Made by a program: the position numbers and the translations under genes. Shown here piece by piece: positions 37,560 through 48,399 of a DNA stretch of 64,000 nt. The first letter of the stretch is position 1. Each line of letters opens with the position of its first letter. Under the pieces are notes generated by a model that searched no databases, was not told the origin of the DNA, and saw nothing but the letters and a program-made list of their open reading frames with translations. Origin of the DNA: Vicugna vicugna (taxonomy: Eukaryota); NCBI GenBank assembly GCA_013265495.1, contig MU058423.1:695061-759060 (forward strand). Reading direction: 5' to 3'.

Positions 37560-38029
37560 GTGCATGCATGTTGGGGAACGATAAGGAGGTGGAAAGAAGT
37601 ATGGCAGGAGATGAGACACAAGAGTTAATCTCTCCTCTTATCTCTTAAGAGATGGGCAGTTCTATCAGCCTCTAGATACTGTGGTCTGCTATGCTGGGCT
37701 TGGTCCGGGCTTATTTTGGAAATTCATTCCCCTACAACCAAAGGAGTTGTTGAGCTGGTTTTAGAATCCCAGCCTGTTTCTTAGAGTCTGCATAGCTTGA
37801 AGGTCTTGAATGTCCCCAGCTGACAGATTCCTCCAGCACAGACAGCTCTGTCTGGAAAGGACCCTGAGAGAGAACTCTGACCCATCCCCCCTCCAGGAAG
37901 GGCTGCCCCCACACCCCCAGCCGGTTCTGCTTTGCAGCCCCCCGCCCCAGACTGGCATGGTCCTCTGCTCAGGCAGCACAGCCTGTTCTGGGACCCCGTT
38001 TTGCTGCTCTACATCCAACCAATCAGAGT

Positions 38030-38880
38030 CTTGATAATACTTACCTCCAACATATTTCTCTCATGCACCCTCCTCTCTGTTCATCCACCGCTGCCCTAGC
38101 CGACACCCTCAGCATCGCTCCCCTGGAATCCTGCAACAGCCTGCTAATTGGCCCCCCTGCTTCCCATCTGGTCCTCCTCAAATCTCTCCTCCACTCTGCT
38201 GGGCCAGAGTGGGTTTTTCTAACAGAGATCTGACTGCACCGTGCCTCTGCCTGGAGCCCTTCGCTGGCTCCCGGTGGCCTGCAGGATAGAATCCATCTCC
38301 TTGGCTTAGCTTTCCAGCCTCAGGCCCTGCTTTGTCCTGCCCCTAGCCTCACATTCCAGGCACATCTGAGCTCTTTGTAGCCTGGCGTCTTTTCCGCTTG
38401 CTGTTTGCTGCTGCTTCTTCGCTGTTGGGCTGATTCCTTGTCCTCTTTCCAGACTCAGCTCAGATGTCGTCTCCTCCAGAGCATCTTTCCTGACCTCTTG
38501 GGCTGGACCAAGCACCACCCCCATGCTTCCCTAGCTCTTTGTGCACACTGCTGTCACATGTCCTAGCTCTGTCACTAGGCAGCTCTGTGATGCTCACCTC
38601 CAATTCTTCATCTGAGAAATGAGAATAATCATAGATCTTTCTCATGAGACTGAGAATTTGTAAAGTTAGCTCCTCTTCACACCTCACTGACCCCCCAGTG
38701 AGGTTAGTAAGCCTACACGTGAGTGCAGCGCTCATGCCCACTACCTGTCTTTCTCTTTAAACCGGGAGCTCTGGGAAGGCAAGGTCTGTGTCTTATCTTT
38801 CTCACCTCCATGTGCCCGGATGATAATGAGTGGATGTTCAATAAGTACGTGTTAAAGGAATGAATGGTTTAATAAGTGTT
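38030..38880 (+). mobile_element. L2 LINE fragment (with a small MIR piece inside)
   Basis: ctgcaacagcctgctaattggcc, cagactcagctcagatgtcgtctcctccagag and gggaaggcaaggtctgtgtcttatc, ending gttcaataag...gaatgaatg. Confidence 0.7.
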
Positions 38881-39909
38881 TGTTGAACTAACATTAGTCG
38901 ATGAAGACCTATCAGTTGAATTAAAATGTCTATTGAATGCCAGGCTCTGGGCTAGGGCTCCCCTGTTAATACGTAGGTGGGATGAGAATACAGATAAGAC
39001 AATGCACATTCACCTGTCCTGGTCAAAACTGAACCTGGAGTTGGGACTTCAGTTCAACTGATTAGCATTTGAGTTGGATGAGATGGGAAGTAAAAGGAAT
39101 TTCCCAGGGAAAACCTGTAACTCGTACTCCCTCACATCCCTCTTCACCATCCCACAGCTGTAAGCAGCACTGTAACCCACTGAGAAGGCTGCCCTGTGTT
39201 TCCCTTTTCGTCCACTTCAGGAATCTGTAGCAAAGAGAGCCAGCTAACACTGAGCCTGTATTTGCAAAACTGACTTAGATGTTGCTTAGAATGTTGAAAG
39301 CTTACCACTATGGGAATTCCGGTTGGTCTGGATGGGAGGAGGGTCTGAGGAAGAAAGGGTATTCACTCTCTTGTCAAGAAAGGACAATCTTCTGACTTTT
39401 TAAAGCATGTGTGATTTTTTTTTTCACACTGAGCCCGGCTGTCTCCATGCTTTATGACTCTGGGCATGATTTAACACATACACTTAAAAAATGGAAGAAC
39501 GACTTCTTAAATTTGCAGTAAATGTATTGTTCAATAGATTTGATTTACTAGTTATGAGCCGTAGAAGAGCCGCCATGGCGATTTATCGTGATGTCTCAGG
39601 AGTTGGAGTCCACTGCTTCTATCTGTTCTAATGCCCATAAAAATAACCCAGTGAAGGGAAGACCCACCGTGCATCTTGGCACCAGCTTGGATTGTAACCG
39701 CCACACCCTACTCAGTATATCAGGGTCCCCTTCCAGAGCATGGCAGATAGGGGAGAGGCAGGGCACGTTCCATGGATTTAGAGGCATTTGTTCTGAGCTG
39801 TTGGTTGGGGTCAAGGAGCAGAGGTCTCTGGGCATTGCAGCTTGTGGGAGATTTATAAGGCTCCACTTGCCTCCCTGGTGACTCTGTAGAGGAATTAAAT
39901 GGATGGAAA

Positions 39910-39912
<3 letters not shown>

Positions 39913-39949
<37 letters not shown>
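39913..39949 (+). repeat. (TG)18 microsatellite
   Basis: Perfect dinucleotide run. Confidence 0.98.
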
Positions 39950-39952
<3 letters not shown>

Positions 39953-40974
39953 GAAGGGAGGAGGGACCGAGACATAATTTAGAGGGATGTAGAAGGGTCA
40001 GTCTCTTGGGAAAAACCTCTGCAAGACAGTCTTTTGATTCCTAAAGTGACTGAAAGCATCTCCTTCCTGTTCTCCAGGGAAGACTTGAAAGTGTGGGAGG
40101 TTCTATAGCTGGTTGGAGGGCCGAGAGAGACAGACAGCGGAAGACTGTCCCAAGCTGCGGGGCAGGTAAGACCTCCAAGGAGAAGCATTTCCAGGCCTAG
40201 CCCTACATGTAGGCATAGCTAAGCAGAGGTGTGGAAGCAGGAGAGATTTCCCGCAGGAGGAACAGCCTGAACAAACACTCAGGTGAAAGAAGAGCTGGGG
40301 GTTTAGAGAGCTGCAGTGCTTCTAATACGGCAGGAATACAGGTGCAAGGGGCCTAGGACCACAGTGGAAAAGCAGAAGATGAGGATTTGATGAGAACATA
40401 AGAGATGTTACGGTGTGCCTACTTAATTCAAAGGGCAATGGGGATTCTGAGAAGGATTTCAACCAAAGGGCAACATGTTTGGACTCGTGAAAAGATCACT
40501 CTGGCTGCTGTGGAAGACGGATTGAAGTACTTACTGGACTCCTTGATTAGGCTTCCATTTTTGGAAAACTCCTTGCCTATCCTCAGCTTAGGCCAAGAAG
40601 CATATCCCTGGTCCCCACCCAGTCTCTTGGCATCCACTGCTCAGCACCTGCATGGATACTGGAGTGAGAATGAGATGCTGCCCCTGCTCTCAGAAGACAC
40701 AGTCCAGTGAGACAAACAGGGCTCATTCTGTTTGAGGAAGTCATAGGAAAGCATGTTACCAGTGAATACAGGAGGGTCACAGATTATAGCAGGAAGGTTA
40801 ACTCGGGGAGGCAGGAGCAAAAAACCCTAGGTCTGGGTGAAGGGAGAGGCCTGTCATGCCTGAGGAACCCTGATTGCTGGCTAGACCATCCTCTGTCCTC
40901 TCATGAGCAGCACCTCTAGCTTTCCCGTGGGGATCTGGGGAGAGGTACATTGAGAAAGCTGGATCTGTCTAAGA

Positions 40975-41170
40975 CCTGTCCAATAGAACTTTCTGTGATG
41001 ATGGAAATCTTCTCCATCTTACCTCCAATGTGGTAGCCATGAGTCACATGTGGCTATTGTGCACTTGAAATGTGACTAGTACAATTAAAAAACAGATTTT
41101 TAAATTTAAATTAATTTTAGTTTTAATTTAAATAGCCCCAAATGGTTAGTGGCTACCATACTGGCACAAA
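40975..41170. mobile_element. MER3 hAT-Charlie MITE
   Basis: ctgtccaatagaactttctgtgatgatggaaat...cacatgtggctattgtgcacttgaaatgtgactagt; flanking tctaaga repeats at 40968 and 41171. Confidence 0.88.
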
Positions 41171-41325
41171 TCTAAGATGTGAGATCCTCAGAGACAGTCC
41201 TACTGAGCATGTAGGAGATTCTTGTAGGTGATTCTTATTTCTTGTGCCTGGAGGCAGTATGCTAGAGGCCAGGACCTTGAACATTGGTATAGTCAGACTT
41301 AGGGTTTAAATCTTATCTGTGCTAC

Positions 41326-41716
41326 TATATTGGTCAGGGTAGGCTTACTCGTTTAACATACATAGTCAAATTCCAGAGGCTTAACATAATAAAAGTTTTT
41401 TTTTTCAATCATTTCATAGACCACTTCAAGTTAGGAAGGGTCTCTGCTCCACATAGCCACCCAGGGACCCAAGATCCTTCCTTCTTGTGGCTTCACTCTC
41501 CTCTAGGTCTTTGAAATTCTCTCCTTTCAGCCAGTGTATGGAGAAAGAAAGAGAGCATGTAGGATTGCTCTATGTCTTTTATGGAACTAGCTTAAAACTA
41601 CCTTGGCCAGAATTTAGTCACATGGCCAAGCCTAACTGCAAGGGATCCTGGGAAATGTAAATGCCCATGAAAAAGAGGAACTGAGCTGGATTAGCACCCA
41701 GTCAGTTTCTGCCACA
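41326..41716 (-). mobile_element. MaLR solo LTR (MLT1J/K-like) splitting a MIR
   Basis: cagaggcttaacataataaaagttt...ttggccagaatttagtcacatggccaagcctaactgcaaggg...tctgccaca; 5-bp TSD gctac/ggtac; MIR halves on either side. Confidence 0.7.
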
Positions 41717-42149
41717 GGTACTCACTAGCTGTGTGACCTTAGGCCTTAGTTTTCTTGTCTGTAAGATGGGAGTAAAATAAAAATTGGTGAGAGTGAAATG
41801 CAATAATGCATGTGAAAAATGCTAAGTCCAACAGGGATTCATGACTACGATTTTTGCCTCTCAGTTTGGGTCTCATTTCAGTTACTGGGCAGCAGCCCTG
41901 CTGACACCAAAAAGCTGGCACACAGAGGCACTCCTGCATGGCATTTTATGCATGCTCCTTCCTCCCCAAGGAGCAGGACAGAGTATGGAAAGAATTCAGT
42001 AAGCCCTTGAGCTTGCCTAACCCAAGGACTACCCCTCAGGCAGAGACGTAAGTACTGGCCAAACGTCCTTAGCATCATGCGGGTTGGTAGAAAGAGATTT
42101 CCTCCTCTGGGGAGATGGATTTTGATAGCTGTAAGAGGGTACAATGACT

Positions 42150-42345
42150 GATACATTTACAGGTCAAATTATATGATATCTATAACTTGCTTCAAAATTA
42201 TTGAGGAGTTGTGATGAGTAGGGGTCCAAGTAAGACATGATTGGCCTTGAGCTGGTAACTATCAAAGCTCAGTGGTGAGTTCATGGTGGGTGTATTATAC
42301 AATTCTCTCTTCTTTTGTACGTGTTTGAAAGTTTCCGTAAGAATT
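42150..42345 (+). mobile_element. Old L1 3'-end fragment
   Basis: atatgatatctataacttgcttcaaaat...tattatacaattctctcttcttttgtacgtgtttgaaagtttccgtaa. Confidence 0.6.
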
Positions 42346-43098
42346 TGTTTAAGGGTGATGAGGGTTCTACTTTAACAGGCTTTGCAGGGAAGTCCAGAAA
42401 CCTCTTACAACCTTGCCGTATGGGGACAGTAGCTTGACTGTTTGTTTACCTGTTGACTCACCAAAGCAATTAACAACTTTGCAGCTGGGTCTCCCACAAA
42501 GGCAGAAACACTGAACCCCAGCCTTGATCTCTGAAGGAAAAATGAACTTGAGTATGGTGTCATAGATAGGCAGAATGAGCTGTGTCTGTTTACCAAGAGG
42601 AGGTTGGTATAAAAAACTGGTATACAGATCATCTCATCAGAACACTTTTGCAACGGCTGGAGATTTTTATTTTCTAGCTGCAAAATTTAGAAATAGCCCA
42701 CGCTGTTGCTTATCGTTGTGTCAATGGGGCTGGTTTTATAAGTGGACAGTGACTCTGTGGAGTTGGGAAAAGCCTCCTGTCCCCCAAAACTTCCCCCATT
42801 ACTCTGATAAATGCCTGAAATCCCACCCACCCTATTTCATTGCCTTGGCTTTTATTATCCTATTAAAATGTGAATACTGTATCTCTGGACAGGATCGTCA
42901 CTTACATATTGGTTTAAACGATTTATCAGTTCTTGCTGATGAGGGAATGGAGAAAAATAGGCACTTGAAGCTCAAGGCTGCAGAAATGGGATGTCACAGA
43001 ATGAGAGAGAGGAGCCCATAGAAAAAGGTGTCTACAAGCAGTCTCCTCTGACCTCACACATTTCCCAAAGTCTTGGTATAACCACATGGGATGGGATA

Positions 43099-43243
43099 GG
43101 GAGGGGACAGCTCAGTGGTAGAGTGCCTGCCTAGCATGCACAAGGTCCTGGGTTCAATCCCCAGTAACTCCACTTAAAGAATAAATAAATAAACAAATCT
43201 AATTACCTCCTCCCCTAAAAAAATAAAAATAAAATAAAAAGAG
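43099..43243 (+). mobile_element. tRNA-derived SINE (Vic-1-like)
   Basis: gggaggggacagctcagtggtagagtgcctgcctagcatgcacaaggtcctgggttcaatcccc, tail aaataaataaacaaatctaattacctcc plus poly(A); TSD taaccacatg at 43079-43088 and 43244-43253. Confidence 0.9.
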
Positions 43244-43369
43244 TAACCACATGCAAAGACCTTGAGTGATCTGTATGAATTTCTTCACAGACAAGCACTA
43301 TAGAGAGCTGTGTCTTAGACTTAAAAGAACTAGTTTCAAGCATTTGTAAATTCAGTTACAAAGTAATAA

Positions 43370-43600
43370 TAACAGCCAATATTTTTATTTATAATTGCAT
43401 ATGAAACATGTTATATGCATTATCTAATTCATTCCTCATGAACCCTATGAGTCAAGACCACCACTATGATCCATTTTACAGGTGAGATAACTGAGAATCA
43501 GAGAAGTAGAGGAGCTTGCCCAAGGTCACACAGCTTGTAAATTAAAGTCAAGATTTGAAGCCAGGTCTATCCCGAGTCCATGTCCTCACCACTCAGCCTC
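43370..43600 (-). mobile_element. MIR SINE
   Basis: ccattttacaggtgagataactgagaatcagagaagt...cttgcccaaggtcacacagct. Confidence 0.8.
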
Positions 43601-44149
43601 TACTGTCCTAGGTTTCCTGATGTGGTTTACACACAATTTTTATACTTCAAGTCCAGCGAGCTTTGGTCTTGTCATTTCTTTGTGTCAAGGCAAGGTTTTG
43701 GCTAATGGGTTTTTTTTGACAGGCCCTTCACTGGGTTTTATGTCAAGCATAGTCAGAGCTGCAGGCAATCCAGGATATTTCCAAGTGACCACATCCTGGC
43801 TATTTCCATGGAGGGGATATTCTGGGGAAGTGATTGACATTCTGCCAGAAAGGAAAGAAAAGAGTTCCCTAAAAACCAATCTGGTTCAAGAGCAGAACAC
43901 TGGCCAGGTCTCTGCAGGCAGCATTGACTGAGGTTCTCTTTGTAGATCCAAAAAGGCTGGAAGAGGGGGGCTTTGGGGCTCTTTTCATTTAGGATCAGCC
44001 AAAAACTGAACACCTCATCCTTTCTCTCTGTCCTCATGACAGTGCTTACGCTCAATCAGGTAGGACCTGAAGTCTGACCAGTTGACAAATGTATTGCATA
44101 TTCTCAGTTACGCACAATCAAGGGAGCCATGAGAACGAAAGAATAAATT

Positions 44150-44720
44150 CCTAGTGCAAAGCTGTTGAGCATCTACAATGTGCCAAGCACTGAGCTGGCA
44201 GAGTCAGAGGTGGCTACGATGTGGTCCTTCCTTAAACAGCTTAAAGCCAGAGAAGGAGGCCACCATACAGACAACTAAGGTAATAAGGTAATAAGAACTA
44301 TATTTACAGGAAGGACCCTGTAATATGGGGGCCCAAGTAGGGAGTGGCTAGTCCCTCTTGAGGTGTGGCGCTGAAACTTACCAATATGTCTTACGTGACT
44401 TTTGGGCTGGGTATTGAAGGTCTGGTGTTGAATGGAAGTTTGCTAGGAAGACAGAAGGAAATGGGAAGTGGTGGAGGCCATTTCTGGAAGATAGTGCAGT
44501 ATGTACAAAGGCACGAAGGTGTGAAAAAAACATAATTTGGTCAAGTAGCAGAGAAAAGGTCTGCAAGCTGAAAAGAATAATGTGTGTCAGTGGAAGAAGG
44601 TAAGACCAGAAAGGAAATGCAGGAGACATGATCAGAACAGGGTTTTTTAGAGGGAATGATCTTTTGCAGAAGGTTGAAGGGGAATGGTGGGATGAAGCAG
44701 AGGGATGCCCGTGTGCAAGG
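44150..44720 (-). mobile_element. L2 LINE fragment
   Basis: ttgagcatctacaatgtgccaagcactgagct...atgtacaaaggcacgaaggtgtgaaa...gacatgatcaga. Confidence 0.65.
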
Positions 44721-46309
44721 ATGGAGACACGCAGTAGGTGGTTGGCTATGGTCTGCACCTTCAGCCTCTACCAAACCTCCTCCAAACTGTCACTACCAGA
44801 AACTGAACAGATGAGTAGTATTTTTTTTCCTTCCAGTGCCTGGTTCTTCTTCTCATATTTGCTTTCCTTTTCCCCTCTCCTCCTCTTCCTCTGCCTAGTG
44901 TCTCACTCAGGGAGGTCCTGTTGAGCAGAAGCCTCCCCAGCCCCCACCCTGGCAGGGCTACATACATATCACAGCCCCACCCCCACCCCAGGATCTGCCT
45001 GGGTTGGAACAGATCTCCTGGAAGGACTGACTTTCAGGAGCCAACTCTGATAACTTCTCATTTGCCAATACTGGTCTCAGCACTGATATGATGACCACTC
45101 AGGCAACTGCTGGCCCCATAATGGGGTTAGTGCTGCAGGAAGTGAGTGTCCCTCTGCTCCCTCAGGAAGAACGAATGGTTGTGGGAGCTCAGCCATCAGG
45201 GCCCCCAGTGTTGGACGGTACCTCCTGGCTTGGCCATGCTGGACAATCTGGGCTCATCCCCATAAGTGAACCCCTGGCCTTCTGAGACAGAGCCAAGCTG
45301 AGGGCATCCTCTTAGGGCAGACCCGCTATCTGACTGAGGGGGGTCACTCTACTCTCAGAAGAGCAAAAACCCAGCAGCCCCTGGGGAGTGGCAAGGGGGA
45401 GGGTTCAGAGCTTCACTGTAGGTGTGCAGCCTGGGAGGCATCAAACATCTTCAGTTTTCCCATCTATAACATGGTGGTGATATCCACGGGTACAAGATTA
45501 CTGGAGACCTAGCAAGGAGTCCAAGATATGGCAGCTCCTCAACTTAAGACTGGTATATTAAGCCTCATACAAACCAAGGACTTGCAATGTTGCTTTGGAT
45601 CCCTTGGACAGCCTTCCCATGCTGGGTCCTTTAGAGTTCCCTGTCCTGTTAGTGGCTTCCTGAATCCCTAGGTGTGGGACTTGGGGAAGCCACTTAACCT
45701 CTTGGTACCCTGATGAGCTGCTTAGAGACTGAGACAAAATGAACTCTGATGGCCGCTGAGTAAGGGCTCATATGCCCAGCTGTGGGAATAAGGGTAGGAG
45801 GCAGTGGCAGGGTCAAAGCGAGAGGACCTCAAGCCCAGGGGAGACTCGGTGAGAATGAGGGGCCACCCCTACTGAGCCCCTCACTGCAGCTCTACTTTCA
45901 TAAAGCTTTGATTTACATAGTTAGGGAAAAAAGAGAGGTTGAGGCCACATGGGTATCTAGGGTCCTTACTTACTCCTCCAGCATAAAACTGATGCCCGTG
46001 GAAATGCCCCATGGGCTTCTGACATGGTCCAGCCCCTTCCTTATCCCCATTCCTGTGGCTCTTCCTCTATTCCTTCATCATCAGTCTCTCTCTCTTGGGA
46101 TTTAGGGAATCAACCACCTCTTCAAGGTGAACTTGACCCATTGTGGCCTGGCATTTTTATTGTTAGATGCATGGAGGTGTGTGTCTGCCTGTGTCTGTGC
46201 ATACAACCCAGCAGATCCACTGTCCTCTCCAGGTAGATTTCCTCATGCTTCATGCTCATATCACTCCTGCCTTGAACGACGACGACCAACGATTCTATTG
46301 TACCTCCTA

Positions 46310-46505
46310 TGTTCTGGGCACTGTTCTAAGTGCTTCACCTGTGATAATTATTTATCTTCACAAGACCCTATAAGGTAGGTAGTACTATTCATTGCTATTT
46401 CAGAGATGAAGGAATCACGGCACAGAGAGGTTAAGTAGCTTCCCCAAGATCACACAGCTAGTAAATAGTGGTGGCAGGTTCAAATCCAGGCAGTCTAACT
46501 TAAAA
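46310..46505 (-). mobile_element. MIR SINE
   Basis: ggcactgttctaagtgcttcac...cagagatgaaggaatcacggcacagagaggttaagtagcttccccaagatcacacagctagtaa. Confidence 0.85.
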
Positions 46506-47120
46506 GTCTGTTTTTTACCTCCAAGATACACAACACCCTGAGTGCAGAAAGCTGGCAACCCTCAGAGGTGTGGTCCCACTTCCAAATTCCTGCCTCTTCA
46601 TGAGGCCAACTGTTGGAGTAGGCCAGCCACAAGCAGTGAGGTGGTGAGCAATCCTGATGGACACTGAGGCACAGCTTCTAAGAGGGAGCCCCAGCAGAGC
46701 AGCCCTAGGAGATGCTTGCTCAGACACACCAGCCCCTCATGTCAGCAAACTTGGAGGCTGTAGGACTTGGAGCTGGGCTGCCTCCTACCTCCACAGTCCA
46801 CACGGTGACAAGTTTGGCAAATAGCGTCCAGAGCCAGGGGACTAAAGAAGAATCCTCATGTGTGCACAGCTTGGAAAGGACACACACACACACAGAGCAC
46901 AGTCATCCATAGAACACAGTCTTTAAATAGAAAAGATAGCCTGAAATACACCCTGAGCTCACGTGCACACTTTCTCTCTCTCTCAGACACACACGCATGC
47001 ACGCACACACGCACGCACGCACGTGTGCGCACAAGCGCAGCCAGGGCCACTGGACTGACTGAACTAATGCCTTAGCTGTGCTGGTGGCAAGGGAAGGAAT
47101 TCTAGTGCCCTGGCACCTCC

Positions 47121-47205
47121 TAACTTTCAGTTCCTATTTAAAATATCTGAATTGGGAGCATCGACAAGCTCCCAAATTAGCTTTTTAAATAGAAGCTGAG
47201 AGTTA
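47121..47205. repeat. Long imperfect inverted repeat (39/38-nt arms, 8-nt spacer)
   Basis: taactttcagttcctatttaaaatatctgaattgggagc-atcgacaa-gctcccaaattagctttttaaatagaagctgagagtta; the arms pair by hand with 3 mismatches, 1 bulge and 3 G:U. Confidence 0.9.
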
Positions 47206-48399
47206 AAGGAAAAGCGGCCGTGTCATGGGGGAAAAGCAAGTGAGAATCCCGGCCAGGCCAGGCCAGAGGCAGAGAGGGGAAAGGCAAGGCCAGGCAGTGT
47301 TGGAAAGATGCAATGGAGAGCCAGTGGGAGAGCATCTCTAGGCAAGTGGCTCCTTCCGCTGCTGGGGTCAAGGGGGCCTCCCTTCTACCCATCACTTGCT
47401 CTCTCTCTTATTTTCCAGGTCACCTGGTTATGAGAAGGGCTGGTAAATAAAAACCACACTGGCCTGGACTAGAAATTCAAGTCTTTCATATTTCTCTCTA
47501 GATCTTCTCAACAGAAGGGAGAGTACAGCCTACAGCTACTTCATTTAAATGATGAGATGTGAGCCTGGGAGGAATGGGGCCAGGTGTGTGTTTGGTGGTG
47601 GGAGATGGGGGGGTGGGGAGTGGGTTGGTCTGAATTAATGTCTGGTCTTCAAACAGGTCTGATCAGGCACAGGAGAGCACAGTTGTCCCATCAGTATACT
47701 TGGGAGAGGGAAGGATGGTTCCAGCTAACTGTTCCCAGAAACCTCCAAGCTTTGGTGGCAGACCCAGCCCCTGAGCTACCCGAAAGATGCAAAACACAGA
47801 TGGGAATGCACAGAAGTTCAATCCTGGGCAGAAATGAAGTATTGGGTTTTAACTCTCCTAATTTGGACTTGGGGTGGAAGAGCTGAAGAAAATTGTCCCT
47901 CCCTGGACCTGCCCACCCACAGTCTGAGGAATTCCCAGGGGTCAGAGCAGTTGATGTCGGCAGTTGTGAGAAAACTAGCTCTTCCCCAGAGGCAAGGGAA
48001 GAGGGAGGTGGGAGCAATTCCAGGGCCTTCCCTGAATTCTTCCCCTGTCTGCCAGGGAGTGGCACTGTTGTTAATCATTATTACTGAATGCAAATCAGTA
48101 TGCAAATTCCACACCGCTCTGGGACTCCAGGCAAATGCTAATAGAGCCCACGCCCACCTCTTGAAGGGCCAATTGTACACCTTTCAGACAGACACACTTA
48201 AGTGGGCTTTGGGGAGAGTAGGAGGAGGGGTGAATAAGGGGCTCTGAGCCGCCAGGGACCCACAGGGGCTCAGGCCACAGTGACTGCCCTCTATCTCTGA
48301 ATCTAGAACAAGGCTAGGGGTTCTCACAAGCCAGAAACCCCGTTTGGACTCACAGAGGTTCTTTCCTAGCCCACTTCAAGCACACACTCCCCTTTACCG

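Noticed and set aside
1..48000. Short 60-200 aa ORFs throughout the upstream region
   Set aside because: No recognisable protein similarity, codon bias or exon structure; consistent with random ORFs in repeat-rich intergenic DNA.
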